Position numbers and translations under genes: made by a program
NCBI GenBank assembly: GCA_023260655.1
Contig: JALQUU010000002.1
Span: 1,180-65,179, forward strand
Direction: 5' to 3'
Length of the DNA: 64,000 nt
From: Paracoccaceae bacterium
GTDB taxonomy: Bacteria; Pseudomonadota; Alphaproteobacteria; Rhodobacterales; Rhodobacteraceae
Part shown: piece after piece, positions 26,556-37,353 of the stretch
How positions within the stretch are numbered: the stretch's first letter is position 1
Layout of the letters: every line of letters starts with the position of its first letter
Notes under the pieces: model-generated
Seen by the model: the letters and a program-made list of their open reading frames with translations, nothing else
Databases searched by the model: none
What the model was told of the DNA's origin: nothing

Positions 26556-27026
26556 ATGGTTTCCACACCCGCTCTGAAAATGCTCGATGCGGCGAAGGTC
26601 GCGGTCTCCCTCCACCCCTATGACTACTACCGCGATGCCGAGGCCGTGGGGCTGGCGGCGGCGATGGCGTTGGGCCTTGATCCGGCCCTGGTCTTGAAAA
26701 CCCTCATGGTCGAAGTGGATGGCAAGCCGTTCTGTTGCCTCCTGCCATCGGACAAGTCCTTGTCCATGAAGAAAGTCGCAGCGGGCTTCGGGGGCAAATC
26801 CGCCGCGATGATGCTTCCGGCAAAAGCCGAGAAACTGACAGGGTATCGCGTGGGCGGGATATCGCCATTCGGGCAGAAGCGAATTGTTCCGACGCTGTTC
26901 GAGGCAGTGCCGATGGCGGCCGCGAAAGTCTGGATCAATGCCGGTGCGCGTGGCTTATTATTGGGTATTGCGCCCGCCGACGCGCTCAAGGCGAGTGGCG
27001 GTCGGGCGCTGGATATCGTGTCTTAA
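26556..27026 (+). CDS. ybaK: Cys-tRNA(Pro)/Cys-tRNA(Cys) deacylase YbaK
   Basis: 156 aa. TPALKMLDAAKV...HPYDY, KTLMVEVDGKPFCCLLP and GYRVGGISPFGQK are YbaK hallmarks. Confidence 0.85.
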   Translation: MVSTPALKMLDAAKVAVSLHPYDYYRDAEAVGLAAAMALGLDPALVLKTLMVEVDGKPFCCLLPSDKSLSMKKVAAGFGGKSAAMMLPAKAEKLTGYRVGGISPFGQKRIVPTLFEAVPMAAAKVWINAGARGLLLGIAPADALKASGGRALDIVS

Positions 27027-27988
27027 GGGATCAGGGCGATTTTGCCGACTGCCCCACGCCCCAGAACGCGGGTCAGAACATCTGCCGCATCTTTCAACGG
27101 ATAGCGGCCTTCGATCAGGGGCTTCACTTGGCCCTTCTGATACCAGCCCAGAAGCTCTGTCATGTTGTCCGCATAGACCTGTGGCTCGAACCGAGTGAAG
27201 TTGCCCCAGAAAACGCCCACAACCGAGAATTCTTTGACGAGTGTCAGGTTGACGGGAAGTTTCGGGATGGTGCCCGAGGCGAAGCCGATGACGAGAAGGC
27301 GGCCATTGCGCGCCATGGAGCGTGCGCAAGCGTCGAATTGGTCGCCGCCCACAACGTCATAAACCACGTCGGCGCCTTTCCCGCCCGTCATTTCCTTCAA
27401 CGAGTCTTTGAGGTTGTCGTAACCGATGGCCTCGTCTGCTCCCGCTTCCACAGCGAAACGGCGCTTTTCTTCGGACGAAGCGACCGCGATCACGCGGGCA
27501 CCCATGATCTTGCCGATCTGGATGGCGGCAATGCCAGTTGCCCCAGCGGCGCCGAGAACCACGAGCGTTTCGCCGGCTTTCAGCTGTGCGCGCTGCTTCA
27601 GGGCATGGTGCGACGTGCCATAGGCCACCAAGAGGGCGCAAACATCAGCGGCATCCATTTTACCGATGGGGAATACGCGATTGGCGGGGGCCGAAACCTT
27701 CTCGGCATATCCACCGAGCGAGCAGATCGTTGCAACCCGGTCTCCCGGTTTGACATTGCCCACGCCTTCGCCCACGCTTTCCACTGTGCCGACGGCCTCC
27801 ATGCCCGGTACGAACGGGGCCTCGGGTCGCATCTGGTAGAGGCCTTGGACGAGAAGACCGTCGGGGAAGTTCACACCTGCTGCCTCGATACGGACCACTG
27901 CCTCGCCTTTGCCGGCAACCGGATCAGGCATATCGCCATATTCGAGGGTTTCGATCGGGCCAAAGCCCTTGCAGATGATGGCCTTCAT
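27023..27988 (-). CDS. qor: NADPH:quinone oxidoreductase (MDR/zeta-crystallin family)
   Basis: Start MKAIICKGFGPIETLEYGDMPDP at 27988. Nucleotide-binding motif VLGAAGATGIAAIQI. Confidence 0.85.
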   Translation of the reverse strand: MKAIICKGFGPIETLEYGDMPDPVAGKGEAVVRIEAAGVNFPDGLLVQGLYQMRPEAPFVPGMEAVGTVESVGEGVGNVKPGDRVATICSLGGYAEKVSAPANRVFPIGKMDAADVCALLVAYGTSHHALKQRAQLKAGETLVVLGAAGATGIAAIQIGKIMGARVIAVASSEEKRRFAVEAGADEAIGYDNLKDSLKEMTGGKGADVVYDVVGGDQFDACARSMARNGRLLVIGFASGTIPKLPVNLTLVKEFSVVGVFWGNFTRFEPQVYADNMTELLGWYQKGQVKPLIEGRYPLKDAADVLTRVLGRGAVGKIALIP

Positions 27989-28160
27989 GACGGTTCTCCC
28001 CTTTGTCCGGGCCGAGCATAAGGAGAGGACGCCAGCGCGCAACTGGAAATCCCGCGACGCGGCGTCAATGTCCGCACTGCGGGACAAGTTGGGGCTTTGG
28101 ATTGCCCGAAACGCGCGCTAGTCTCCCCATCGAGGAGAATTTCGTGGGGAGGAGACCTGC

Positions 28161-29795
28161 ATGCAGGCCATGATGATGAATCGTCCGTTGTTGATCAGCA
28201 GCATTCTGGACTTTGCCGCCGAGCAGCATCCGAATGCGGAGATCGTATCTGTTCGGACAGAGGGGGATCTGCATCGCCAGACCTATCGACAGACGGCGGC
28301 GCGCGTGGCGCAGCTGGCGCATGGTCTGGAAGCCCATGGTGTGAAGCTCGGGGATCGCGTGGCGACTTTGGCGTGGAACGGGTATCGCCACTTTGAGCTT
28401 TACTACGCGATTTCCGGCATGGGTGCCGTGTGCCACACGATCAACCCGCGTCTTTCGGCTGAGCAGCTGATCTACATCGTCAATCACGCCGAGGATAAGC
28501 TAATTTTTGTCGACACGACCTTCGTGCCGATCTTGCAGGCCGTGAAAGAGCACCTCCCGAAGGACACGCGCTATGTGATCATGACCGAACGCGCGCACAT
28601 GCCCGCGAACACGCTCGATGCGCTCTGCTACGAAGAACTGCTGGACGGTAAGCCCGAAACTTTCGATTGGCCGGAGTTCGACGAGAACACTGCTTCCGGC
28701 CTGTGCTACACATCGGGCACCACCGGAAATCCCAAGGGCGCGCTCTATTCGCACCGCTCAACCGTGCTGCATGCCTTGATGGTGTGTCTGGTCATGGGGC
28801 AGACTTTGGCCGAGGGCAAAAAAGTGCTTCCGGTCGTTCCGCTCTTCCACGTAAACGCTTGGGGCCTGCCTTACACCGCACCATTGATCGGGATGTCGAT
28901 GGTGATGCCGGGGGGCGCGCTCGATGGGCCCAGCGTGTTCAAGCTGATGGATAGCGAAGGTGTGTTCTCTGCTTGGGGCGTGCCGACCGTGTGGCAGGGG
29001 CTTCTGGTGGAAGTGAAAGCGCAAGGGCGTTTGCCGAAAGAGTTCGCGCAGGTGGTTGTGGGTGGTTCCGCTGCGCCGCGCGCGATGATCGAGACCTTCG
29101 AGAAGATGGGCGTCGGCGTAAACCACGCGTGGGGCATGACCGAGATGAGCCCGATTGGCACCCACGGTGTGATGCCGCGTTGGGTCATGGAAAAACCGTT
29201 TGACCAGATGATCAACTACAAGTCCAAGCAGGGGCGGCGTGCCTTTGGTGTGGACCTCAAGATCGTGGATGATAACGGCAAACTCGTCCCGCATGACGGC
29301 AAGTCGATGGGCGAGCTTTACGTGCGCGGGAACACCATCGTTTCGGGCTACTTCGAGAACGAGGAAGCCTCCAAGAAGGCAGTGGATGCTGAAGGCTGGT
29401 TCGGCACGGGCGATATCGCAACGATCACATCTGAAGGCTTCCTGAGCCTTCAGGATCGCTCGAAAGACCTCATCAAATCCGGTGGTGAATGGATTTCGTC
29501 GATTGACCTCGAAAACCTCGCCGTGGCCCACCCGGCGATTGCCAGCGCGGCGGCAATTGCGATGCCGCACCCGAAATGGGACGAGCGCCCGGTTCTGGTG
29601 GCGGTTCTGGCTCCCGGAGCGGAAAAGCCCACTCTTTACGAGATGCACGCTCATATGTCGGAGCAGTTCGCCAAGTGGCAGTTGCCCGATGACATCATCT
29701 GGGTCGACGCTCTTCCACTAACAGCGACGGGGAAGATCTCGAAACTGACGCTTCGCCAGCAGATGAGCGATTACAAACTGCCGGACCTCAGGTGA
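28161..29795 (+). CDS. Long-chain/medium-chain fatty-acid--CoA ligase (AMP-dependent synthetase)
   Basis: AMP-binding motifs YTSGTTGNPKG, WGMTE and GDIA...GFLSLQDRSKDLIKSGGEWIS. Confidence 0.85.
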   Translation: MQAMMMNRPLLISSILDFAAEQHPNAEIVSVRTEGDLHRQTYRQTAARVAQLAHGLEAHGVKLGDRVATLAWNGYRHFELYYAISGMGAVCHTINPRLSAEQLIYIVNHAEDKLIFVDTTFVPILQAVKEHLPKDTRYVIMTERAHMPANTLDALCYEELLDGKPETFDWPEFDENTASGLCYTSGTTGNPKGALYSHRSTVLHALMVCLVMGQTLAEGKKVLPVVPLFHVNAWGLPYTAPLIGMSMVMPGGALDGPSVFKLMDSEGVFSAWGVPTVWQGLLVEVKAQGRLPKEFAQVVVGGSAAPRAMIETFEKMGVGVNHAWGMTEMSPIGTHGVMPRWVMEKPFDQMINYKSKQGRRAFGVDLKIVDDNGKLVPHDGKSMGELYVRGNTIVSGYFENEEASKKAVDAEGWFGTGDIATITSEGFLSLQDRSKDLIKSGGEWISSIDLENLAVAHPAIASAAAIAMPHPKWDERPVLVAVLAPGAEKPTLYEMHAHMSEQFAKWQLPDDIIWVDALPLTATGKISKLTLRQQMSDYKLPDLR

Positions 29796-29921
29796 GCGAT
29801 GGGGGTGCCCTAGAGGCACCCCTTCAATCCGCCTTCGTGACGTGGGGGCGCGTTTCGGATCGGCGCTTGCATTTCGCGGAAAATCGTTCTGCAATGCGAA
29901 AGACCTTAAGGGGAGGGAAGG

Positions 29922-31118
29922 ATGAGCGACGAAGCGGCGCGGCTGGCGGCGTTCCGGAAGGACATCGCAGCATGGATCGATGAGGCCTGCCCGGCAAGCT
30001 TGCGCGGGCGAGCTTTGGGCGAGGATAGCATCGTTTGGGGCGGCAAGGGCTGGGCGTTTGCTCATGCCGACCAGAAAGACTGGTTCGACGCTGCCGTCGC
30101 CAAGGGCATGACCGCGCCGATGTGGCCAACCGAGGTAGGCGGTGCGGGTCTCACGCGCCCTGAGGAAAAGATCTACCGCGAGGAAATGGCACGGCTCAAC
30201 GCCCCGCCACCGCTGGAAAGCTTCGGCCTCTGGATGCTCGGCCCGGCGCTTCTGCATTTCGGCACGCCAGAACAGAAAGCCATGCATTTGCCACCCGTCG
30301 TTCGCGGCGAAATCCGCTGGTGCCAAGGCTATTCGGAGCCGGGGGCCGGGTCGGACCTCGCTAATGTCCAGACCCGCGCGGAAGATATGGGGGACCACTG
30401 GCTGGTGAACGGCCAGAAGATCTGGACCTCCTACGCCGATAAGGCCGACTGGATTTTCGCGCTCGTGCGCACGGACCGCAGCGCACCGAAGCATAAGGGC
30501 ATTTCCTTCATGCTGATCGACATGGCGAGCGAAGGCGTCACCACGCGGCCGATTCGTCTGATTTCGGGCAAGTCACCGTTCTGCGAGACCTTCTTCGACA
30601 ATGTGAAAGTGCCGAAGGATTACGGCGCGGGCGGTTCTGCCATCGTCGGTGAACTGAACCGTGGTTGGGATGTGGCGAAATATCTGCTGACCCATGAGCG
30701 CGAGATGATCGGTGGTGGCGCGCGCGGGCTTCTTGGCGGGCGCTCTATGGGCGAGTTCATCGGGTCGCTCGAAGAAAGCGTGGCGCAGGATCCGGTTATC
30801 CGAGCAGAAGCGATGGCGCTCGAAGTCGATAGCCTTGCCTTTGCTCTGACGATGGAGCGCTACAAAGACCGCGCCGAGGGTGGCAAGGGCGTGGGCGATG
30901 CCTCGGCCATGCTGAAGTACTACGGCACGGAATTGAACAAGCGCCGCTACGAGCTCTTGATGAGTGCCTCGGGTAGTGCGGGCGTGGAATGGGACGGGCC
31001 GCACGGCAGTTTGGCACCAGAATGGTTGCGGACGAAGGCGAATTCCATTGAAGGCGGCACCAGTGAAGTGATGCTCGATATCCTGTCGAAACGTGTATTG
31101 GGGATGCCATCGTCATGA
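29922..31118 (+). CDS. Acyl-CoA dehydrogenase (catalytic-type subunit)
   Basis: 398 aa with the ACAD fold. WCQGYSEPGAGSDL, and the C-terminal IEGGTSEV retains the Glu position. Confidence 0.85.
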   Translation: MSDEAARLAAFRKDIAAWIDEACPASLRGRALGEDSIVWGGKGWAFAHADQKDWFDAAVAKGMTAPMWPTEVGGAGLTRPEEKIYREEMARLNAPPPLESFGLWMLGPALLHFGTPEQKAMHLPPVVRGEIRWCQGYSEPGAGSDLANVQTRAEDMGDHWLVNGQKIWTSYADKADWIFALVRTDRSAPKHKGISFMLIDMASEGVTTRPIRLISGKSPFCETFFDNVKVPKDYGAGGSAIVGELNRGWDVAKYLLTHEREMIGGGARGLLGGRSMGEFIGSLEESVAQDPVIRAEAMALEVDSLAFALTMERYKDRAEGGKGVGDASAMLKYYGTELNKRRYELLMSASGSAGVEWDGPHGSLAPEWLRTKANSIEGGTSEVMLDILSKRVLGMPSS

Positions 31119-32236
31119 GCTTGAGCCTGTTGGAAACCGAAGACGAAACCATGCTCCGCGATGCGGCGCGCGGATGGCTCGCCGACAATGCACCCGTGGC
31201 AGCTTTGCGGAAGATGCGCGATGCAGGCCAAGCTTTCGACACTGGCCTTTGGCGCGAAATGGCCGCCATGGGCTGGTCGGGAGTACTGGTCCCGGAAAGC
31301 TCTGGGGGCGCTGGAATGGGCCACCGTGCAGCGGGAATTCTTGCTGAGGAAATGGGGGCGGTCCTAGCGGCATCACCTTACCTGTCCAGCGCGGTGATAG
31401 CCGCGACGGCCCTTCAGGGAGCAAGCGAGAAGCTTACCGCTATTGCAGGCGGTGAGTTGGTGTATGCGCTGGCAGTCGATGAAGGCACCAAGCACGCCCC
31501 CGAGCGCGCGCGCCTCCATGCAGACCGGATCGGCAATGGCTTCCGCCTGTCCGGCACAAAGGTTTTCGTGGCCGAGGGCGCAAGTGCGGATCGGGTGCTG
31601 GTTCTGGCCCGCACGAGCGGGGCGGCGGGTGATGCGCTGGGCTTGACCTTGTTTGACATTGACGCAGGCCGCGCGGGCCTGAGCCGCACCGCCAAAGCCA
31701 CAGTGGATAGCCGCGATCATGCCGAATTGCGGCTTGAGGGCGTCGAAGCCACAGGCGAGGATGTCGTGGGTGACGTTGATAACGCCATGGCCGTTCTGGC
31801 TCCCGCATTGCGGGCTGGCCAAGCGGGCGTAGCGGCGGAAATGCTGGGTGTCGCGGGCGGTGCAGCCGCGATGACGCTAGGCTACCTCAAAGAGCGCAAA
31901 CAGTTCGACCGCACCATTGGTTCATTCCAGGCGTTGCAGCATCGTGCCGCGCATTTGTGGTCTGAGTTGGAAGTGACGGCATCCGCTGTCGCTCACGCGG
32001 GGCGCATGCTGGATGCAGATCCGGAGGCCGCAGAAATGGCGGTCTCTCTGGCGAAGGCCCGGGCCACGAAGACTGCTGATCTGGCAGTCCGGGAAGGCGT
32101 GCAGATGCACGGCGGGATCGGCATGACCGATGCCTATGACATCGGTTTCTACATGAAACGGGCGCGGGTCGCTGCCGAGTGGCTGGGCGACTACGGTTAT
32201 CACGCGGCTAAGGTCGCTGCGGCGAGGGGGTTCTGA
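31115..32236 (+). CDS. Acyl-CoA dehydrogenase family protein (possible non-catalytic partner subunit)
   Basis: 373 aa overlapping the upstream ACAD by 4 nt. The C-terminal region reads QMHGGIGMTDAYDIGFYMKR, where the Y/I-E-G-T catalytic-Glu motif is replaced by HGG. Confidence 0.8.
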   Translation: MSLSLLETEDETMLRDAARGWLADNAPVAALRKMRDAGQAFDTGLWREMAAMGWSGVLVPESSGGAGMGHRAAGILAEEMGAVLAASPYLSSAVIAATALQGASEKLTAIAGGELVYALAVDEGTKHAPERARLHADRIGNGFRLSGTKVFVAEGASADRVLVLARTSGAAGDALGLTLFDIDAGRAGLSRTAKATVDSRDHAELRLEGVEATGEDVVGDVDNAMAVLAPALRAGQAGVAAEMLGVAGGAAAMTLGYLKERKQFDRTIGSFQALQHRAAHLWSELEVTASAVAHAGRMLDADPEAAEMAVSLAKARATKTADLAVREGVQMHGGIGMTDAYDIGFYMKRARVAAEWLGDYGYHAAKVAAARGF

Positions 32237-32237
32237 C

Positions 32238-33062
32238 ATGAGCATGAGACCGAGCGATCTTTTTGATCTGACGGGGAAAGTGGCACTGGTTACGGGCGGC
32301 GCCACGGGGATTGGCCGGATGGCCGCGGAAGGGTTGGTTGCGGCAGGCGCGCGGGTGATTATCGCCTCGCGCAAGGCGGATGCCTGTGAGGCTGTTGCAG
32401 CAGAGCTGAACGCCATGGGCCTGCCTGGAACGGCAGAAGGCTTTGGTGGGGATGTGGCGACGAAAGAGGGGGTTGAGGCCTTAGCTGCCGAAGTCGCGAA
32501 GCGCACCGGCAAGCTGCATATCCTGATGAACAATGCGGGCCGCACGTGGGGCGCACCTATAGGCCAGCATCCCTATGAAGCATGGGAAAAACTACTCAGC
32601 CTCAACGTCACGGGCATGTTCCATCTCACGCAATGCCTGCTACCCTTGCTCGAAGCCGCAGCCACCGATGACGATCCTGCGCGGGTCGTGAATGTTGGCT
32701 CCGTGATGGGCGACATTCCCAAAGGCACCGCGACCTACTCCTACGCGGTTTCCAAAGGCGCCGTGCATCACATGACCCGCGTGCTCTCCAACGATCTGGC
32801 GCATCGCCGGATCACGGTGAATGCGATTGCACCGGGGCCGTTCGTTTCGAAAATGACTGCCTTCGCGATTGGCACCGAAGAAGGGCAAGCCGAAAGCGCC
32901 AAGGGCGTGCCGCTGGGCCGGGTTGGCCGCCCCGAGGATATCGCGGGCGCGTTGCAATATCTCTGCGGACGTGGCGGGGCCTATGTTTCGGGTGCGATCC
33001 TGCCCTTGTCTGGCGGGATGCAATCAAACGCACCGGGCAACCTTTTTAACAAGGATCTCTGA
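32238..33062 (+). CDS. SDR family oxidoreductase
   Basis: VTGGATGIGR, NNAG and YAVSKGAV (YxxxK). Confidence 0.85.
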   Translation: MSMRPSDLFDLTGKVALVTGGATGIGRMAAEGLVAAGARVIIASRKADACEAVAAELNAMGLPGTAEGFGGDVATKEGVEALAAEVAKRTGKLHILMNNAGRTWGAPIGQHPYEAWEKLLSLNVTGMFHLTQCLLPLLEAAATDDDPARVVNVGSVMGDIPKGTATYSYAVSKGAVHHMTRVLSNDLAHRRITVNAIAPGPFVSKMTAFAIGTEEGQAESAKGVPLGRVGRPEDIAGALQYLCGRGGAYVSGAILPLSGGMQSNAPGNLFNKDL

Positions 33063-33063
33063 T

Positions 33064-33531
33064 ATGACGCTTCCTTCTGGAAAGGTTATGGCGCGCGCTG
33101 AATTCGAGGCGATGGTCGGCAATGAAATCGGGGTGTCGAGTTGGTTCGACATCACGCAGGATCGCATCGACACATTTGCCGACTGCACCGAAGACTGGCA
33201 ATTCATCCATGTGGACCCTGAAAAGGCAAAGCAAAGCCCCTTCGGCACGACCATCGCGCACGGGTTCCTGACGCTTTCGATGCTCTCGGCGATGATCTAC
33301 GAAATGCCCTCCATCGAGGGTGTGAAAATGGGCGTGAACTACGGCTTCAACAAGGTGCGCTTTGTGTCTCCGGTCCGTGTAGGGTCGAAAATCCGGGCGC
33401 GGTTCGTGCTGGCGTCCATCGAGGAAATCCGCCCCGGCGAAGTGCAAACCTTGATGAATGTGACAATCGAGATTGAAGGCGAAACGAAGCCAGCGCTTGT
33501 GGCCGAATGGCTCGGGCGTCGGTATTTCTGA
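33064..33531 (+). CDS. MaoC-like (R)-specific enoyl-CoA hydratase
   Basis: Start MTLPSGKVMARAEF at 33064. Hot-dog hydratase-2 motif FADCTEDWQFIHVDPEKA...TIAHGF. Confidence 0.8.
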   Translation: MTLPSGKVMARAEFEAMVGNEIGVSSWFDITQDRIDTFADCTEDWQFIHVDPEKAKQSPFGTTIAHGFLTLSMLSAMIYEMPSIEGVKMGVNYGFNKVRFVSPVRVGSKIRARFVLASIEEIRPGEVQTLMNVTIEIEGETKPALVAEWLGRRYF

Positions 33532-33541
33532 GGGTGATAGG

Positions 33542-34471
33542 ATGAGCATCAGATTTGACGGGCGTGTAGCCATTGTAACAGGTGCAGGCGCGGGGCTTGG
33601 GCGGGCGCATGCGCTGGGATTGGCCGCGCGTGGCGCGAAGGTTGTGGTGAACGATCTGGGTGCCGCAACAGACGGTTCGGGTGCATCTTCCGAGGCAGCG
33701 CGCGCAGTGGTCGAGGAAATCCGGGCCGCAGGCGGCAAAGCGATTGCCAATGGAGCGAACGTTACCGACGAGGCGCAGGTTCAAGCCATGGTGGACGAGG
33801 CAATCGCCGAGTTCGGCCATGTCGATATCCTCGTGAACAACGCGGGCATTCTGCGAGACAAGACCTTCGCCAAGATGGGCATCGCCGATTTCCGGCTGGT
33901 TCTGGATGTGCACCTTATGGGCACTGCTTTGTGCACACACGCAGTGTGGCGCCACATGTGCGAGCGAGGCTATGGGCGCATCGCATTCACCACCTCGGCG
34001 TCGGGCGTTTATGGCAACTTTGGCCAGTCCAACTATGGTGCGGCCAAGGCTGGCGTTGTTGGTCTGATGAATGTGTTGGCTCAGGAAGGGGCGAAATTCA
34101 ATGTGCGGGTGAACACCCTTGCCCCCACCGCGGCCACAAGGATGACCGAGAATCTGCTGCCGCCCGAGGCGCTGGAGCTTCTGCGCCCGGAAACCATCAC
34201 CCCCGGTCTCCTGATGCTCGTCTCTGAAGACGCGCCGACCAAGATGATCCTTGGCGCTGGTGGCGGCTGTTTCACCGAAACCAAGATCCACGAAACTGCC
34301 GGTGTGGCTCTGGCCGATGCCGATCTGACGCCGGAAGCCGTCATGGCCAATCTGGGCCGCATCCGCGATGAGGCAGGCCAGACCGAAATGGCGAATGCGT
34401 TCGCCCAAACCCGTAAATACGCCCGCATGGCTGCCGAATTGCGCGGACTGCCCATGCTTTGGACCGAGTGA
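33542..34471 (+). CDS. SDR family 3-hydroxyacyl-CoA dehydrogenase resembling the MFE-2 (HSD17B4) N-terminal domain
   Basis: [48 protein letters not shown] and YGAAKAGV. About 60 aa of C-terminal extension follow. Confidence 0.75.
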   Translation: MSIRFDGRVAIVTGAGAGLGRAHALGLAARGAKVVVNDLGAATDGSGASSEAARAVVEEIRAAGGKAIANGANVTDEAQVQAMVDEAIAEFGHVDILVNNAGILRDKTFAKMGIADFRLVLDVHLMGTALCTHAVWRHMCERGYGRIAFTTSASGVYGNFGQSNYGAAKAGVVGLMNVLAQEGAKFNVRVNTLAPTAATRMTENLLPPEALELLRPETITPGLLMLVSEDAPTKMILGAGGGCFTETKIHETAGVALADADLTPEAVMANLGRIRDEAGQTEMANAFAQTRKYARMAAELRGLPMLWTE

Positions 34472-34485
34472 GAGAGGACTTTCCC

Positions 34486-35688
34486 ATGCGTGACGCCGTA
34501 ATCGTTTCCACCGCCCGCACCCCGATTGGCAAAGCCTATCGTGGGGCTTTCAATAACACCTCCGCACAGGCCTTGGCCGCGCATGCGATCCGCGCTGCCG
34601 TGGAACGTGCGGGCCTGAATGGCAGCGAGATTTCCGACTGTGTGATCGGCGCGGCAATCCAGCAGGGTTCGACAGGCGGCAATATCGGTCGCCAAGCGGC
34701 GATCCGCGCAGGCCTTCCGGTTACCGTGGCTGGCATGTCGATGGACCGCCAATGCGCATCGGGCATGATGGCCATCGCCACGGCCGCCAAGCAGGTGATC
34801 ACCGACGGGATGGATATCGTGATCGGCGGCGGTGTGGAGTCGATCAGCCTTGTGCAGAACGACAAGATGCGGACTGATCGCTTGGCGGATTCTTGGACCA
34901 AAGCGAACAAGCCCGAGCTTTACATGAGCATGCTCGAAACCGCCGAAATCGTGGCGGATCGCTACGGCGTGAGCCGCGAAGATCAAGACGCCTATGCCCT
35001 GCAATCCCAGCAGCGGACGGCGGCGGCGCAGGCGGCGGGCAAATTTGACGACGAGATCGTGCCGATGACCACCACAATGTTGGTGCAGGACAAGGAAACC
35101 AAAGAGATCAGCGAGCGGGAAGTCACCCTTTCCAAGGATGAGGGCAACCGCCCCTCCACGAAGCTCGAAGACCTCTCCGGCCTGAACCCGGTGTTCAAGG
35201 GCGGTCAGAAGGTGCAGGAAGGCCGCTTCATCACGGCAGGCAACGCCTCGCAGCTTTCGGACGGCGCGTCTGCGGCCGTGGTCATGGAAGCCAAGGAAGC
35301 CGAACGCCGTGGCCTCGCGCCTTTGGGTCGCTATGTTGGCGTCATGGCCGCAGGTTGCGAACCCGATGAAATGGGGATCGGCCCGATCTACGCCGTGCCG
35401 AAGCTTCTGAAAGCGCATGGGCTCAAGATAGAAGACATCGGCCTTTGGGAACTCAACGAAGCCTTCGCGAGCCAAGTGCTGCAATCCGCGCGCGTTTTGG
35501 GCATTCCGATGGATCTGTTGAACGTCAACGGTGGTGCTATTTCGATTGGCCATCCCTACGGCATGTCGGGTGCCCGCATGGTGGGTCACGCCCTGATCGA
35601 AGGTAAGCGCCGCGGTGCTAAATATGTCGTATGCACTATGTGCGTGGGTGGCGGCATGGGTGCAGCGGGCCTGTTCGAAGTTCTGTAA
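34486..35688 (+). CDS. Acetyl-CoA C-acyltransferase (thiolase I type)
   Basis: [31 protein letters not shown] and [19 protein letters not shown]...MCVGGGMG. Confidence 0.9.
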   Translation: MRDAVIVSTARTPIGKAYRGAFNNTSAQALAAHAIRAAVERAGLNGSEISDCVIGAAIQQGSTGGNIGRQAAIRAGLPVTVAGMSMDRQCASGMMAIATAAKQVITDGMDIVIGGGVESISLVQNDKMRTDRLADSWTKANKPELYMSMLETAEIVADRYGVSREDQDAYALQSQQRTAAAQAAGKFDDEIVPMTTTMLVQDKETKEISEREVTLSKDEGNRPSTKLEDLSGLNPVFKGGQKVQEGRFITAGNASQLSDGASAAVVMEAKEAERRGLAPLGRYVGVMAAGCEPDEMGIGPIYAVPKLLKAHGLKIEDIGLWELNEAFASQVLQSARVLGIPMDLLNVNGGAISIGHPYGMSGARMVGHALIEGKRRGAKYVVCTMCVGGGMGAAGLFEVL

Positions 35689-35705
35689 GAAGAGAGGAGG
35701 CGGCG

Positions 35706-36686
35706 ATGGCGCTACCGAAACAATTGCAGGGATTGCGGCTGCCGGTGGTGGCTTCGCCCCTCTTCATCATCTCGAACCCCGATCTGGTGATCGCGCAATG
35801 CAAGGCGGGGATTATTGGTTCATTCCCTGCCTTGAACGCGCGGGAATCAGAGGGCGAACCGCCCTTGCTCGAAGCGTGGCTCAAGCGGATCACCGAGGAG
35901 TTGGACGCCTACAACCAAGCCAACCCCGACACCCCCGCCGCACCCTATGCAGTGAACCAGATCGTGCACCGCTCGAATGCGCGGCTGGAGCGGGATATCG
36001 AGATCTGCCACAAGTGGAAGGTACCCGTATGGATCACGTCGCTCGGGGCGCGCGTGGAAGTGAACGAGGCGGCGCATGATTGCGGCGGTATCACACTGCA
36101 CGACATCATCAACAACACCTTCGCGAAGAAGGCGATTGAGAAGGGCGCGGATGGCCTGATCGCTGTGGCTGCGGGCGCAGGCGGCCACGCAGGCGCGCAA
36201 TCGCCCTTGGCGCTCATTTCTGAAATCCGCCAATGGTTTGAGGGGCCCTTGCTCCTGTCGGGGGCGATCGGCAATGGCCGCTCGATCTTGGCGGCCCAAG
36301 CGATGGGCGCGGATCTGGCCTACATCGGTTCGCCCTTCATCGCCACGAATGAAGCGAACGCCGTGGATGCCTACAAGGAGATGATCGTCGCCTCCGGTGC
36401 AGAAGACATCGTCTATTCCAACCTTTTCACAGGCGTGCACGGGAATTACCTGAAGCCCTCGATCACAAAAGCCGGCATGGACCCTGACAATCTCGAACAG
36501 TCCGATCCGTCCAAGATGGACTTTGGCGCGAACCGCCAGAAGCCGAAGTCATGGAAGGAAATATGGGGGGCAGGGCAAGGTATCGGTTCGGTGAAATCCG
36601 TGGTGCCTGCCGCAGAACTGGTAGCACGGCTTTCCCGCGAATACGACGAAGCGAAAGCGGCTTTCCGGAGTGTTGTGAATGGCTGA
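35706..36686 (+). CDS. Nitronate monooxygenase (NMO / 2-nitropropane dioxygenase-like FMN enzyme) family protein
   Basis: Start MALPKQLQGLRLPVVASPLFIISN at 35706. TIM-barrel FMN motifs GADGLIAVAAGAGGH and GADLAYIGSPF. Confidence 0.75.
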   Translation: MALPKQLQGLRLPVVASPLFIISNPDLVIAQCKAGIIGSFPALNARESEGEPPLLEAWLKRITEELDAYNQANPDTPAAPYAVNQIVHRSNARLERDIEICHKWKVPVWITSLGARVEVNEAAHDCGGITLHDIINNTFAKKAIEKGADGLIAVAAGAGGHAGAQSPLALISEIRQWFEGPLLLSGAIGNGRSILAAQAMGADLAYIGSPFIATNEANAVDAYKEMIVASGAEDIVYSNLFTGVHGNYLKPSITKAGMDPDNLEQSDPSKMDFGANRQKPKSWKEIWGAGQGIGSVKSVVPAAELVARLSREYDEAKAAFRSVVNG

Positions 36687-37341
36687 GCTTTGGCTGGTTC
36701 GTCACGCGCAGGCGAGTTTCGGCGCGGCCGATTACGATAAGCTTTCGGACCTCGGGCATGAGCAATCCCGCGCACTGGGTGCTGCGCTGAAAGCCTTTGG
36801 CATGGTGCCCGATGCCGTGTTTATCGGTGCACAACGGCGGCACCGCGAAACTTGGGAAGGGATCAACACGGCTTTCGGCATGAGCGCTGCGCCGGAGGTG
36901 TTGCCCGGTTTCAACGAGTTCGACTTCAAAGGGCTGCTGGACGCGCGCTACGCCGGAAAAGAACGCCCGACGGACCTGCACACAGATCGTCGAACTCATT
37001 TCAAGATGCTGCGCGAAACGGTATTGGAGTGGCAGGCAGATGATATCATTTCGCCCCCAGAACGGTTCTCCGATTTCGCGGGCCGCGTCCGCGAGGCTCG
37101 CCAGCGGGCAGCACAGGGTGGTGACAGGGTTATGGTCGTTTCCTCCGGCGGGGCAATTGGCCAAAGCGTTGCTGAGGTGATGGATGCTCCCGCCGACGCG
37201 ATGATCCGCTTGCAGCTCCAGATCAAGAACTGCTCGATCACCCGCCTGATCGTGACGCCATCCGGCACCGAGCATCTCTCGACGTTCAACGAAACGCCCC
37301 ACATCGACGCCGCCAACGCGCGGTTCCTGACCTATAGCTGA
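36679..37341 (+). CDS. Histidine phosphatase (phosphoglycerate mutase) family protein
   Basis: MAELWLVRHAQASFG carries the RHG catalytic motif. It overlaps the NMO gene by 8 nt. Confidence 0.8.
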   Translation: MAELWLVRHAQASFGAADYDKLSDLGHEQSRALGAALKAFGMVPDAVFIGAQRRHRETWEGINTAFGMSAAPEVLPGFNEFDFKGLLDARYAGKERPTDLHTDRRTHFKMLRETVLEWQADDIISPPERFSDFAGRVREARQRAAQGGDRVMVVSSGGAIGQSVAEVMDAPADAMIRLQLQIKNCSITRLIVTPSGTEHLSTFNETPHIDAANARFLTYS

Positions 37342-37353
37342 ACGGAGTGCATC